Assembly: GCA_039917855.1 (NCBI GenBank)
Contig: JBDSIR010000063.1
Coordinates: 1 to 61,871, forward strand
Direction of reading: 5' to 3'
Length of the DNA stretch: 61,871 bases
From: Gemmatimonadales bacterium
GTDB lineage: Bacteria; Gemmatimonadota; Gemmatimonadetes; Gemmatimonadales; GWC2-71-9
A program made the translations under genes and the position numbers. The stretch's first letter is position 1; each line of letters starts with the position of its first letter. Below are positions 38,872 through 48,590 of this stretch, piece by piece. A model generated the notes under the pieces. That model worked only from the letters and a program-made list of their open reading frames with translations. It was not told the origin of the DNA and did not search any database.

Positions 38872-39841
38872 AGTCACCTATCTCGAGGGGATCCGTCAGG
38901 CGATGTTCGAGGAGATGGAGCGCGACCCGAACGTCTTCCTGATGGGGGAGGATATCGGGGCGTACGGCGGCGCCTTCAAGGCCACCGAAGGCCTGCTGGA
39001 GAAGTTCGGCGACAAGCGGGTGATCGACACGCCGATCAGCGAGGCGGGGTTCGTCGGTGCGGCGGCGGGAGCGGCGCACATGGGGATGCGGCCGGTGGTC
39101 GAGATGCAGTTCATCGACTTCATCTCCTGCGCCTACGACATGCTCACCAATTACATCGCCACGGCGCGTTATCGGGCCTTTCTGCCCTGCCCGATGGTGG
39201 TGCGCGGACCGTCGGGGGGCTACGTCCGCGGCGGGCCGTTCCATTCACAGAACCCCGAGGCCGCCTTCCTGCACACGCCGGGGCTCAAGATCGTCTATCC
39301 GTCGAGCGCCGCCGACGCGAAGGGGCTGCTCAAGAGCGCCATCCGGGACGAGGACTGCGTACTCTTCTTCGAGCACAAGTATCTCTATCGGCGCATCAAG
39401 GAAGAGATGCCGCAGGGAGATCACCTGGTGCCGATCGGGAAGGCCAAGGTGGTCCGGCCCGGCAAGCACCTGTCGATCATCACCTACGCGGCGACCGTCT
39501 GGAAGTCGCTCGAGGCGGCGGAGCAGCTGGCCAAGGAGGACGGGATCGAGGTCGAGATCCTCGACCTCAGGACCCTCCTCCCGATGGACGACGAGGCGAT
39601 CGTCGAGACCGTCAAGAAGACCAACCGGGCCCTCGTAGTGCACGAGGACACCGTGACCGGCGGTATCGCCGGCGAGATCACGGCGCGGATCAACGAGCTC
39701 TGTTTCGAGTGGCTCGACGCGCCGGTCCGGCGGGTGGCGGCGCACGATATCCCGCTCCCGTACGCTCCACCGCTCGAAGACTTCGTGCTCCCGCAGACCT
39801 CCGACATCGTTCGGGCGGCGCGGTGGCTGGCAGCTTACTGA
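38864..39841 (+). CDS. 2-oxoacid dehydrogenase E1 beta
   Basis: GEDIG, DTPISEAG, VVEMQF.DF, FHSQ, FFEHK, DLRTL.P. Confidence 0.93.
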   Translation: MAEVTYLEGIRQAMFEEMERDPNVFLMGEDIGAYGGAFKATEGLLEKFGDKRVIDTPISEAGFVGAAAGAAHMGMRPVVEMQFIDFISCAYDMLTNYIATARYRAFLPCPMVVRGPSGGYVRGGPFHSQNPEAAFLHTPGLKIVYPSSAADAKGLLKSAIRDEDCVLFFEHKYLYRRIKEEMPQGDHLVPIGKAKVVRPGKHLSIITYAATVWKSLEAAEQLAKEDGIEVEILDLRTLLPMDDEAIVETVKKTNRALVVHEDTVTGGIAGEITARINELCFEWLDAPVRRVAAHDIPLPYAPPLEDFVLPQTSDIVRAARWLAAY

Positions 39842-39846
39842 ATGAC

Positions 39847-39918
39847 GCCATCAGCCATCAGCCATCAGCCATCAGCCGATCGTTCCTCGCTGATAGCCGA
39901 TGGCCGATGGCCGATGGC
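39847..39918. repeat. Inverted heptamer hairpin (GCCATCA x4 / GCCGATG-like x4)
   Basis: Direct reading between E1 beta and E2. Confidence 0.85.
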
Positions 39919-39937
39919 CTGACTCCGGAACCCGACC

Positions 39938-41314
39938 ATGGCTAAGATCGATGTGCCGATGCCCCAGATGGGCGAATCCATCACCGAGGGCACCCTCTCC
40001 AAGTGGCTCAAGAAGATCGGTGAGCCGGTCAAGCGCGACGAGCCGATCTTCGAGATCTCGACCGACAAGGTCGACGCCGAGATCCCGGCGCCGAATGCCG
40101 GGGTACTCGTCGAGATCCTGGTGCAGGAAGGCCAGACGGTGGCGGTCAACACCGTCGTCGCGCGGATCGAGACCGACGCGAGCGCTGCGGTAGGACAGGC
40201 GTCCGCGCTGGCGAAGGCACCGGCCCCCGCGCCGGCACCAGTGGCTCCGATAAAGGCGGCTGAGGCCCCGAAGGCGGCGGCGCCGGCGCCGATGCCAGCT
40301 CCTGTTGCGGCCCCGAGCCCCCAGCCCTTAGCCCCAAGCGCCTCCGGCGCCGCGATGACCGCCGAGGAACGGCTCCGTACGAAATCGACCCCGCTGGTCC
40401 GAAAGATGGCGGCGGAACACCACGTCGACATCACCCAGCTCTCCGGTTCCGGAATGGCCGGTCGCGTCACCAAGGCCGACCTCGAGGGGTTCCTGGCCGG
40501 GGGCGGCACCACTGCCCCGGCCGTAGGGACAGCTCCCGCGCAGTCCGCAGTCCGCAGTCCGCAGTCCGCGCCCTCGGGGGCGATCGCGCACAACGTCACC
40601 GAGCCCTGGGAGGGCGACCGGGTCGAGCCGTGGAGCCGCATCCGCAAGCTCACCGCCGACCACATGATCATGTCGCGCCGGACCTCGGCGCACGTGAACA
40701 CCTTCTTCGAGATCGACTACACCCGCATCGTCGGGCTCCGCGCCAGGAAGAAGAAGGACTACGCCGAGCGGGGCGTGAACCTGACCTACACCGCCTTCAT
40801 CGTGAAGGCGGTGGCCGACAACCTCCGGAAGCACCCGGTGCTGAATGCCGCCGTGACCGGAGACGCCACCCTGTATCGGCGAGACATCAACGTCGGGATG
40901 GCCGTGGCGCTCGACTGGGGGCTCATCGTCCCCGTCATCAAGCGCGCCGACGAGATGTCGCTCATGGGCCTCGCGCGCGCCATCAACGACCTGGGCGAGC
41001 GGGCGCGCACCAAGAAGCTCTCCCCCGATGAAGTGCAGAAGGGCACCTTCACCATCACCAACCCCGGCACCTTCGGCTCGGTCATCGGCACGCCGATCAT
41101 CAACCAGCCGCAGGTCGCCATCCTCTGCGTCGGCACGATCGAGAAGCAGCCGGCGGTGATCACCCTCCCTGACGGCAGCGACACCATCGGGATCCGTACC
41201 AAGGGGATGCTCTCCCTGGCGTTCGATCATCGCGTCGTCGACGGTTCCGACGCCGATCGCTTCATGGCCGACGTCAAGAAGTCACTCCAGGAATTCTCCG
41301 AGAGCGCCGTCTGA
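39938..41314 (+). CDS. Dihydrolipoamide acyltransferase E2
   Basis: Lipoyl domain MPQMGESITEG...STDKV, E3-binding TPLVRKMA..GSG.GRVTK, FDHRVVDG. Confidence 0.95.
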   Translation: MAKIDVPMPQMGESITEGTLSKWLKKIGEPVKRDEPIFEISTDKVDAEIPAPNAGVLVEILVQEGQTVAVNTVVARIETDASAAVGQASALAKAPAPAPAPVAPIKAAEAPKAAAPAPMPAPVAAPSPQPLAPSASGAAMTAEERLRTKSTPLVRKMAAEHHVDITQLSGSGMAGRVTKADLEGFLAGGGTTAPAVGTAPAQSAVRSPQSAPSGAIAHNVTEPWEGDRVEPWSRIRKLTADHMIMSRRTSAHVNTFFEIDYTRIVGLRARKKKDYAERGVNLTYTAFIVKAVADNLRKHPVLNAAVTGDATLYRRDINVGMAVALDWGLIVPVIKRADEMSLMGLARAINDLGERARTKKLSPDEVQKGTFTITNPGTFGSVIGTPIINQPQVAILCVGTIEKQPAVITLPDGSDTIGIRTKGMLSLAFDHRVVDGSDADRFMADVKKSLQEFSESAV

Positions 41315-41321
41315 TGCCGCG

Positions 41322-41630
41322 ATGCCCCGGAGCCTGAGTGCCGCGCGGGTCCGGGTCCCCGCCGACCACGAGGCCGAGTGGCTCGCCGTTGTGGCGCAGC
41401 TTGCTGCGCTTCTTGCCAAACGCGGTCAGCACCTCTGGGTATTCCACTCGGAAGTGGACCCGGAGCTCTGGCTCGAATTCAGCGAGAGCGGCGCACGCGC
41501 CGACCATCGGTCGGTGGCGGAACGCACGGTCGAAGAACTGACCCTCGAAGTCCGGCTCCGCGTCCTCGCCACTTACGAACGTGACGCTTCGGCCCTCTGG
41601 GCCGAGGTCCCCTTGCCCAAGGATCGCTAG
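41322..41630 (+). CDS. Small hypothetical protein
   Basis: ATG 8 nt after E2; fills the operon gap; WVF...WLEFSES. Confidence 0.65.
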   Translation: MPRSLSAARVRVPADHEAEWLAVVAQLAALLAKRGQHLWVFHSEVDPELWLEFSESGARADHRSVAERTVEELTLEVRLRVLATYERDASALWAEVPLPKDR

Positions 41631-41891
41631 ATGCCCCGCCGCTTCACCGCCGATGGCGCCGAGTGGACCGTGCTGCCCTCCGGGCGCAACACCCAGTACG
41701 TGCGCGACGAATTCGGCGTCTGCTTCATCCGAGTCACCGGGACTCGCGAGGAACGGGTCGCCCGCTACTCGCCGGGCGGCGCGCGCGGGCGCGAGGAGTC
41801 GTTCGCGGCCCTGAGCGACGCCGAGCTCCGCGACCTCCTCTCGACCTCCCAGCCCGCCTGGACCTCCCCGGAGACGGGGTACCGACGCTGA
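41631..41891 (+). CDS. Small hypothetical protein
   Basis: ATG abuts previous stop; PSGRNTQY..DEFG...AWTSPETGYRR. Confidence 0.7.
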   Translation: MPRRFTADGAEWTVLPSGRNTQYVRDEFGVCFIRVTGTREERVARYSPGGARGREESFAALSDAELRDLLSTSQPAWTSPETGYRR

Positions 41892-42727
41892 CCGCTACCG
41901 TCGACCTGCACGTCCACTCCACGGCGTCCGACGGCACGCTCGCCCCCGCCGCGGTGGTCGATCGCATCAAGGCGGCCGGCCTCGCGGCGTTCGCCCTCAC
42001 CGATCACGATACGGTGGCCGGTCTCCCCGAGGCGCTCGCCGCCGGGGAACGAGTCGGCGTCCGGGTCATCACCGGCTGCGAGTTCTCCACCGGCGCCCCC
42101 TGGGGTGGAGAGATGCACGTCCTTGGGTATTTCCTCCCCGGCGACGATACGGTGGTCGAGGAGTTCCTGATCCTCCGCCGGACCGACAGGACCCTCCGCG
42201 CGGAGCGGATGGTGCAGAAGTTGAATGCCCAGGGCGTCGCACTCACGCTCGACGATGTCGCCGCGGTCGCGGGGGGAGGGGCGCTCGGACGCCCCCATGT
42301 GGCGCGCGCCCTGGTCGCCAAGGGGCACGTGCCGCACGCTCAGGGGGCGTTCGACCGGTGGCTCGGGCGCGGCCGCTCTGCCTATGTCGACAAGAAGCTC
42401 CCCACGTTTCGCGCCGTGGCCGAGCTGGTGCACCGGGCCGGCGGCGTGGTCTCGGCCGCCCATCTCAAGGATCGGGCCTCGCGCGGGATGCTCGAACAGC
42501 TCAAGGCGGACGGACTCGATGCGGTCGAGACGCGGCACCCCAGCCACGACCCCGACGTCCGCACTCGGCTCACCGAGTGGGCCATCACCCTCGACCTCGG
42601 CCGGAGCGGTGGCTCGGATTGGCACGGCGACAGCGAGGAGATGCGCCACGGGTCGCTGGGCAGCCAGGAGGTACCGATGGAGTGGGTGGCGGAGCTGGAG
42701 GCGCGGCGCGGGGGCCAACGAGCCTAG
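41888..42727 (+). CDS. PHP-domain metal-dependent phosphoesterase
   Basis: VDLHVHSTASDG, ALTDHDT, GCEFS, HVLGY, GRPHVA, GGSDWHG; start inferred at CTG 41888. Confidence 0.9.
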   Translation: MTATVDLHVHSTASDGTLAPAAVVDRIKAAGLAAFALTDHDTVAGLPEALAAGERVGVRVITGCEFSTGAPWGGEMHVLGYFLPGDDTVVEEFLILRRTDRTLRAERMVQKLNAQGVALTLDDVAAVAGGGALGRPHVARALVAKGHVPHAQGAFDRWLGRGRSAYVDKKLPTFRAVAELVHRAGGVVSAAHLKDRASRGMLEQLKADGLDAVETRHPSHDPDVRTRLTEWAITLDLGRSGGSDWHGDSEEMRHGSLGSQEVPMEWVAELEARRGGQRA

Positions 42728-42816
42728 CACCTGGCGCCTGGCGAGGCGGGGAAACGACTATCATCCTACGGGGGGACCCACCACAACCTCTCCAGGCTCC
42801 AGGCGCCAGGCGCCCC
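42722..42816. repeat. Inverted heptamer arms (GCCTGGC / CTCCAGG-CGCCAGG) from the PHP stop to the next ATG
   Basis: gcctagc acctggc gcctggc ... ctccagg ctccagg cgccagg. Confidence 0.65.
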
Positions 42817-43266
42817 ATGATCGATAGTCCACTCCCCGTTGGTACGCGCGCACCCGACTTCTCCCTCACCGCCTCCGATGGTTCGACGGTGCGGTTGTCG
42901 GCCGTGCTGGAACAGGGCGGGGTGGTGCTGGCGTTCTATCCGGGGAACCACACCCAGATGTGCGACCGTCAGCTCCGGGTGATGAAGGAGGAGCTCGATC
43001 TCTATTGCGGGGCAGGGATCGTGCCGTTCGGAGTGAATCCCGCGACGGTCGCGGACCACGCCGAGTACGCCGCCAGCCTCGAGCTCCCTTTCCTCCTGCT
43101 CTCCGATCCGGGACTCACGGTCGCGCGACGGTGGCAGGCGGTCTCTCCGCTCGGCGACCAGGTGACGCGCACCGTCTACCTGGTGGACCGGAACGGCACC
43201 ATCCGATTTGCGGCGCGCGGGATGCCCGGCGCCGATATCACACTCGAAGCGCTCGAGGAGGCTTGA
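42817..43266 (+). CDS. Peroxiredoxin (BCP/PrxQ-like)
   Basis: APDFSL, FYPGNHTQMC, LLSD, RTVYLVD. Confidence 0.88.
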   Translation: MIDSPLPVGTRAPDFSLTASDGSTVRLSAVLEQGGVVLAFYPGNHTQMCDRQLRVMKEELDLYCGAGIVPFGVNPATVADHAEYAASLELPFLLLSDPGLTVARRWQAVSPLGDQVTRTVYLVDRNGTIRFAARGMPGADITLEALEEA

Positions 43267-43991
43267 TGCGGAACCCGTTCGACTTCACGGGGAAGGTGGT
43301 CCTCGTCACCGGCGTCGCCCGGACGGGACAGATCGGTCACGGTGTGGCCAAGGCGTTCGGTGAAGCGGGGGCGAAGCTCGTCCTCGCCGACGTGAACGCC
43401 GTCGCGGTCGCCGAGCGGGCGCGCGAGTTCACCGCGATGAAGTTCGCGGCCGAGCCCGCCGCCGGCGACCTCACCGATCCCGATGTGGCGGCGCACGCCA
43501 TCGAGGTGGCGATGAAGAAGTTCGGGCGCCTCGATGCGCTGGTGAATGTCGCGGGCGGTCTTACGACATTCGGCCCCGCCGAGAAGCTCGACCTCAAGGG
43601 GTTCGACCGCGAGATCAACATCAACATCAAGACCGCCTTCCTGATGAGCCGGGCCGCCGCGGGCGCGCTCGAGAAGTCGAAAGGCGCGATCGTCAACTTC
43701 TCGTCGCTGGCGCTCTTCCGCCCGATGGCGCCGATGGCGGTGTACGCGGCCGCCAAGGCGGGTGTCGGTGCGCTCACCTGGAGCCTCGCCAAGGAGTGGC
43801 TCGGCAAGGTGCGCGTCAACGCCGTCGCCCCCACGATGGTGCGGACGCCGGAGAACATGGCGACGGTGACCGATCCCGCCGCCAAGTATGTCGAGCTCGA
43901 TCAGCTCACCGCCGCGGTGATGTTCCTCGCCAGTGATGCGAGTTCGGCCATCACCGGACACGTCCTTCCTCTCGTCGGGCCCGACCTCTAG
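43266..43991 (+). CDS. SDR oxidoreductase
   Basis: VLVTG...GQIG, LVNVAG, YAAAK, VRVNAVAP. Confidence 0.9.
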   Translation: MRNPFDFTGKVVLVTGVARTGQIGHGVAKAFGEAGAKLVLADVNAVAVAERAREFTAMKFAAEPAAGDLTDPDVAAHAIEVAMKKFGRLDALVNVAGGLTTFGPAEKLDLKGFDREININIKTAFLMSRAAAGALEKSKGAIVNFSSLALFRPMAPMAVYAAAKAGVGALTWSLAKEWLGKVRVNAVAPTMVRTPENMATVTDPAAKYVELDQLTAAVMFLASDASSAITGHVLPLVGPDL

Positions 43992-43992
43992 G

Positions 43993-44721
43993 ATGGAGCT
44001 CCGCGGCAAGGTCGCCCTCGTCACCGGCGCCGCGCGACGGGTGGGCGCCGCGATCGCGCGCGCGCTCGCGGCAGAGGGGATGGACATCGCCGTCCACTAC
44101 GGAAGCTCGGCCTCGGAGGCGCGCCAGGTGGTCACCGAACTCCGCGCGCTCGGGGTCGGGGCCGAGGGATTCAGTGCCGACCTCACGGATGTCGCGGCCG
44201 CCCAGGGGCTCGCGGGACGTGTGGTCGCCCACTTCGGCCGGCTTGACGTGGTCGTCAATTCGGCGGCCAACATGATCGAGGGACAGGTCGACTCGGTGAC
44301 CCCCGAAGTGTGGGAGGAGGTCTTCGCCTTGAACCTCCGCGCTCCCTTCTTCGTGACCCAGGGTGCGCTCCCTGCGCTTCGCGCGGCCAAGGGGAAGGTC
44401 GTGAACATCGCCGACCTGGCCGGCCTCGAGCCGTGGCCGCGCTATGTGGCCCACTGCACCAGCAAGGCGGGTGTCGTGATGCTCACCAAGTCGCTCGCCC
44501 GCGCCCTCGCTCCCGACATCACCGTGAATGCGGTGGCGCCCGGAGCGGTGCTCCTCCCCGATGACTGGGATGACGTGGCCCGCAAGCACTTCGCCGAGAC
44601 CACACCGCTCAAGCGCCTCGGCAGCCCGGAGGACGTGGCACAGGCGGTGGTGTACCTCCTCGAGGCGGACTACGTCACCGGCGAGGTCCTCGTCGTCGAC
44701 GGCGGCCGCTTGCTTCGTTGA
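43993..44721 (+). CDS. SDR oxidoreductase, pteridine reductase/FolM-like
   Basis: TGAARRVG, IAVHY, VNIAD, HCTSK, VNAVAPG, YVTGEVLVVDGGR. Confidence 0.85.
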   Translation: MELRGKVALVTGAARRVGAAIARALAAEGMDIAVHYGSSASEARQVVTELRALGVGAEGFSADLTDVAAAQGLAGRVVAHFGRLDVVVNSAANMIEGQVDSVTPEVWEEVFALNLRAPFFVTQGALPALRAAKGKVVNIADLAGLEPWPRYVAHCTSKAGVVMLTKSLARALAPDITVNAVAPGAVLLPDDWDDVARKHFAETTPLKRLGSPEDVAQAVVYLLEADYVTGEVLVVDGGRLLR

Positions 44722-45473
44722 CCGAGACAAGCAGCGCCGCAGCGCCCCAGCGCCACACCGCCCTTGGAGACGTCGTCATCATCGGCGGCGGATGCTATGG
44801 CTCGTTCTACACCGGGCAGCTCCTCGATGGGAGCGCCCGGGGGCTGCTCACGTTCCGGCGTCTTCTGGTGGTCGACCGCGACCCCTCCTGCCAGGTGGCG
44901 CGCGAGAGGGTCGGTGTTCCCGGGGTCGTGCTCGTGACGGCGGAGTGGAGCGACTTTCTCGACGGTTACCTCGCCGGGCTCGAGGTCACGCCGGAGGATG
45001 TGATCGTGCCCACCCCGTTCATGCCGCACCTCTTCCGCGAGTGGCTCCTCCGGCAGGCGCGTGGTCGGTGGCCGGGGCGTGAACTCGGCGCGGGCCCGCT
45101 TCCGGGTGAGGTCGGCACGCCCTACGAGCGTCCCGGTGGTGACGGCGCTTCCTATCTCTCCTGGGCCGACTGGATCTGCCCTACCCATTGCACCGAACCG
45201 GCACTCTGCCCCGCCATCCGGGCACCGCGGACCTGGTCGATGTCCGAGGACCTCACCGCATTTGCCGGTCGATCCGGGACTTCCGGGCCGCTGCTGTTCG
45301 AGGTCCGCCACTTGGCGCACGGGGTCGGCGGCTTCACCACCCGCGAGGTCCTGGAGGCCGACCGCCGGCTCGCCGAGATCGGCGACCGCGGCCCCGCCAC
45401 GGTGGTGGTCTCGACGACCTCCCATTGCCACGCCGCAGCCGGGGTGATCCGCCTCGGCTCCCTGACGGGGTAG
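44718..45473 (+). CDS. Hypothetical Rossmann-like protein with a Cys/His cluster
   Basis: IIGGGCYG; CPTHCTEPALCP; SHCH; TTGA overlap. Confidence 0.75.
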   Translation: MTETSSAAAPQRHTALGDVVIIGGGCYGSFYTGQLLDGSARGLLTFRRLLVVDRDPSCQVARERVGVPGVVLVTAEWSDFLDGYLAGLEVTPEDVIVPTPFMPHLFREWLLRQARGRWPGRELGAGPLPGEVGTPYERPGGDGASYLSWADWICPTHCTEPALCPAIRAPRTWSMSEDLTAFAGRSGTSGPLLFEVRHLAHGVGGFTTREVLEADRRLAEIGDRGPATVVVSTTSHCHAAAGVIRLGSLTG

Positions 45474-45526
45474 GGAACCGGGGGACGTTCTAGTTATTGC
45501 GATTAGATTAGATGGCTCGACCAATT

Positions 45527-45586
45527 GCTAAGGGCTCGGGGCCAAGGGCTTGAACCACCAAGCCCCCAGCCCCAGGCCCTTAGCCC
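45527..45586. repeat. Inverted heptamer hairpin (GCTAAGG-like / CCAGCCC-like) upstream of trxB
   Basis: gctaagg gctcggg gccaagg ... caagccc ccagccc caggccc ttagccc. Confidence 0.7.
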
Positions 45587-45607
45587 AGAAATCCAGATGG
45601 GATTCGA

Positions 45608-46582
45608 ATGACGACCACCACCCACGACACCATCATCATCGGCGGCGGACCGGCCGGCCTCTGCGCCGCGATGTACGCCGGCCGCGGCATGCTCAATGCC
45701 GTGCTCCTCGAGCGGGGCATCCCCGGCGGGGAGCTCCTCAACACCGAGAAGATCGAGGACTACCCGGGCTTCGAGAGCATCCTCGGCCGGGATCTCGCCA
45801 AGAAGTTCGCCGACCATGCGGTCAAGTTCGGCGCCGAGATCCGCCAGGAGTACGTCGAAGGGGTGGCCAAGGACGCCGACGGGTGGTTCACGGTCGGCAC
45901 GATGAGCGGCCACACCTATCGCGCCCCGACGGTCATCATCACCGCCGGCGGTACGCCGACCAAGCTCGACGTCCCCGGCGAACTCGAGTACGCCGGGCGC
46001 GGGGTATCGTATTGCGCAGTGTGCGACGGCGCCTTCTTCAAGGGCGACACCATCGCGGTCATCGGCGGTGGGGATGCCGCCGTGGAAGAGGCCGACTACC
46101 TGACCCGGTACGCGGCCAAGGTGTACCTCGTCCATCGGCGCGACTCGCTCCGGGCCTCGAAGATCCTCCAGGGGCGGCTCTTCGCCAATCCGAAGATCGA
46201 GCTGGTCTGGAACAAGAAGGTGCTCGAGATGGCGGGCGAGGCGAGCGGGCTCAAGTCGCTGGCCCTCGAGGACACGGTGACGGGGGCCAAGTCCACGCTC
46301 GCCGTCACCGGCGCATTCGTCTTCGTCGGCTTCAAGCCGAACTCCGGTCTCATCAAGGGCCACTTCGATCACGACGCCAGCGGCTACATCATCACCGACG
46401 ATCGGATGATGACCTCGATCCCGGGGCTCTTCGCGGCCGGCGACCTCCGGGTACAGCTCACCCGCCAGGTCACCACCGCCGTCGGCGACGCCACCACCGC
46501 CGCGATCGCCGTGGAGAAGTACCTCACCGAGCTCCGCAGCCAGGGGAAGCTCGAGCCCGTCGGGAGCGCGAGCGGTGCGTGA
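45608..46582 (+). CDS. trxB: Thioredoxin reductase
   Basis: IIGGGPAG, GVSYCAVCDG, IGGGDAAVEEA, VHRRD, FAAGD. Confidence 0.95.
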   Translation: MTTTTHDTIIIGGGPAGLCAAMYAGRGMLNAVLLERGIPGGELLNTEKIEDYPGFESILGRDLAKKFADHAVKFGAEIRQEYVEGVAKDADGWFTVGTMSGHTYRAPTVIITAGGTPTKLDVPGELEYAGRGVSYCAVCDGAFFKGDTIAVIGGGDAAVEEADYLTRYAAKVYLVHRRDSLRASKILQGRLFANPKIELVWNKKVLEMAGEASGLKSLALEDTVTGAKSTLAVTGAFVFVGFKPNSGLIKGHFDHDASGYIITDDRMMTSIPGLFAAGDLRVQLTRQVTTAVGDATTAAIAVEKYLTELRSQGKLEPVGSASGA

Positions 46583-47216
46583 GCCCTGCGTCGTGGCGGT
46601 GCCCAACGGCCGCTACGTCGAGAACTGCTACCTGATCGCCGATCCGGTGGCCGAGCGCTGCGTGGTGGTCGATCCGGGAGAGGACCCCGATCCGATCCTC
46701 GCGGCGCTCCGGCATCGGGGTTGGTCGTGCGACGGCATCTGGCTCACTCACGGTCACATGGATCACGTCCTCGGCGTCCCCGCCGTGCGTGAGGCCACCG
46801 GAGCCCCGATCCACCTGCACGCCGCCGATCGTTTCCTGTATGACGCGGCCCCACGCTTCGGCCCCATGCCGTGGGAATCGGTGACGCTGCCGGTGCCCGA
46901 CCACGAGTTGCACGAGGGGGGCACCGTCCGCGTGGGTACGCTCGATTTCAGCGTGCGTCACGTGCCGGGGCACAGTCCCGGAAGCGTCTGCTTCACCGGT
47001 CACGGCCTCGCGATCGTGGGAGACGTGCTCTTCGCCGGGAGCGTCGGGCGGACCGACCTTCCCGGGGGCGATCATAAGACGCTGATCGACAGCATCCAGC
47101 GGGCGCTCCTGTCGCTCCCCGACTCCACCGTCGTCTGGCCCGGTCACGGCCGGCAGACCACCATCGGCGTCGAGCGGCTCACGAACCCGTTCCTCCGCGG
47201 CGTGCGCTCCGCATGA
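46575..47216 (+). CDS. MBL-fold metallohydrolase (glyoxalase II-like)
   Basis: ENCYL, LTHGHMDHV, PGHSPG, GDVLF.GSVGRTD, PGHG. Confidence 0.92.
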   Translation: MREPCVVAVPNGRYVENCYLIADPVAERCVVVDPGEDPDPILAALRHRGWSCDGIWLTHGHMDHVLGVPAVREATGAPIHLHAADRFLYDAAPRFGPMPWESVTLPVPDHELHEGGTVRVGTLDFSVRHVPGHSPGSVCFTGHGLAIVGDVLFAGSVGRTDLPGGDHKTLIDSIQRALLSLPDSTVVWPGHGRQTTIGVERLTNPFLRGVRSA

Positions 47217-47322
47217 GGGACCCCGCACCGGCTCCGCGGCAGTCCACCGCCCCAGCGCCCCAGCGCCTCAGCGGCCCGCCCTGTCAACGCTGCGGCTTTC
47301 CCGTCCCCCCCAGGTCGATGGG

Positions 47323-48588
47323 GTGCAAGAATCCCTGCGCCAACTGCGGTACGGTCTATCCTCACGGAGACTGCTCCGACTGACCACGCTCGACCTCCGC
47401 ACCGCCGCGCTCCCGCCGTCCACCCGTCCGGACGCGCTCAGCGTGCTGGATATCACCGAGTACTTCGGTGACACGAGCGGGGGGATCCGCACCTATCTCA
47501 ACGCCAAATCGACCTGGGTCGCGACCCATCCTGCCGCCCGCCAGGTGCTGGTGGTCCCGGGGCGCCGCGACGCGCTGTTCGAAGCCGAGGGATGTCGCAC
47601 GTATCAGCTCCGCGGCGCGGCGATCCCGCGCAATCCGCCGTACCGGTTCCTGCTCGCTCCCCGCGTCACCCGCCGCATCTTCGAGCATGAGCGGCCCGAC
47701 CTGATCGAGGTGGGGAGCCACCTGCTGGTCCCCTGGATCGCCCGCTTCGCCGATCGAAAGCTCCGCGCGCCGCTGGTCTGGTTCTACCACGGGCATCTGC
47801 CGCGTCTGGTCGCCCCGGATCGCGCGCCCGGTGCCGCACAGCGCGCCCTCGAAGGGCTCGCCTGGCGTTACGTGCGCCGACTCGCGCGCGGATGTCGCGC
47901 CGTCATCGTGGCCTCGCGCTCCCTCGCGGAGGAGCTCACCGCCCACGGCGTCCCTGCGGTGGAGCAGGTGCCCCTCGGCGTCGACCTCGACCATTTCCAT
48001 CCCCGGCGTCGCCCCGCCACCGGTGAGATCCGGCGTCGCGCGGGCCTCCCCGACGCTCCGCTGGCGCTGTTCGCAGGCCGGTTCGCGCGGGAGAAGCAGC
48101 TCGATCTCGTGCTCGACGCCTGGCCCGCGGTCGAACGCCGCACCGGGGCGCGGCTCGTCCTCCTCGGCGACGGACCGCAGGCGGCCGCACTCCACCGCCA
48201 CCCCTACGCCGACCGGGTGACCTGGCTTCCCTTCGAGCGCGATCGCGAAAGCCTCGCCGAACTCTTCGCCGCCGCCGACGTGTATCTCGCTCCCGGGCCC
48301 TACGAGACCTTCGGCCTCTCCGCCCTCGAGGCGATCGCCTCCGGGACGCCGGTGTTGAGCGTCGACCGCGGTGGAGTGGCCGAACGGGTGGCGGCGAGCG
48401 GGGCAGGGGCGCTCTACCCGTTCAATGATCAGGCCGGCCTGAGCGCCACCGCGATCTCGCTCTTCCGGAGCGACCTCGGCGCGATCGGTGTCGCCGGACG
48501 CCGCTATGCCGAGAAGCACCACGGCTGGGATGCGGTCTTCGCGATGCTGTTCGCGACCTACCGCCGCCTGCTCGACCAGCCGACCTGA
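47323..48588 (+). CDS. GT4 glycosyltransferase (start uncertain)
   Basis: SGGIRTY, LGVDLDHFHP, GRFAREK, GDGP, ETFGLSALEAIASGTPV. Confidence 0.9.
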   Translation: MQESLRQLRYGLSSRRLLRLTTLDLRTAALPPSTRPDALSVLDITEYFGDTSGGIRTYLNAKSTWVATHPAARQVLVVPGRRDALFEAEGCRTYQLRGAAIPRNPPYRFLLAPRVTRRIFEHERPDLIEVGSHLLVPWIARFADRKLRAPLVWFYHGHLPRLVAPDRAPGAAQRALEGLAWRYVRRLARGCRAVIVASRSLAEELTAHGVPAVEQVPLGVDLDHFHPRRRPATGEIRRRAGLPDAPLALFAGRFAREKQLDLVLDAWPAVERRTGARLVLLGDGPQAAALHRHPYADRVTWLPFERDRESLAELFAAADVYLAPGPYETFGLSALEAIASGTPVLSVDRGGVAERVAASGAGALYPFNDQAGLSATAISLFRSDLGAIGVAGRRYAEKHHGWDAVFAMLFATYRRLLDQPT

Positions 48589-48590
48589 CC

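Noticed and set aside
42817-43266. Selenocysteine or recoding in the peroxiredoxins
   Set aside because: Both have ordinary Cys codons in uninterrupted frames.
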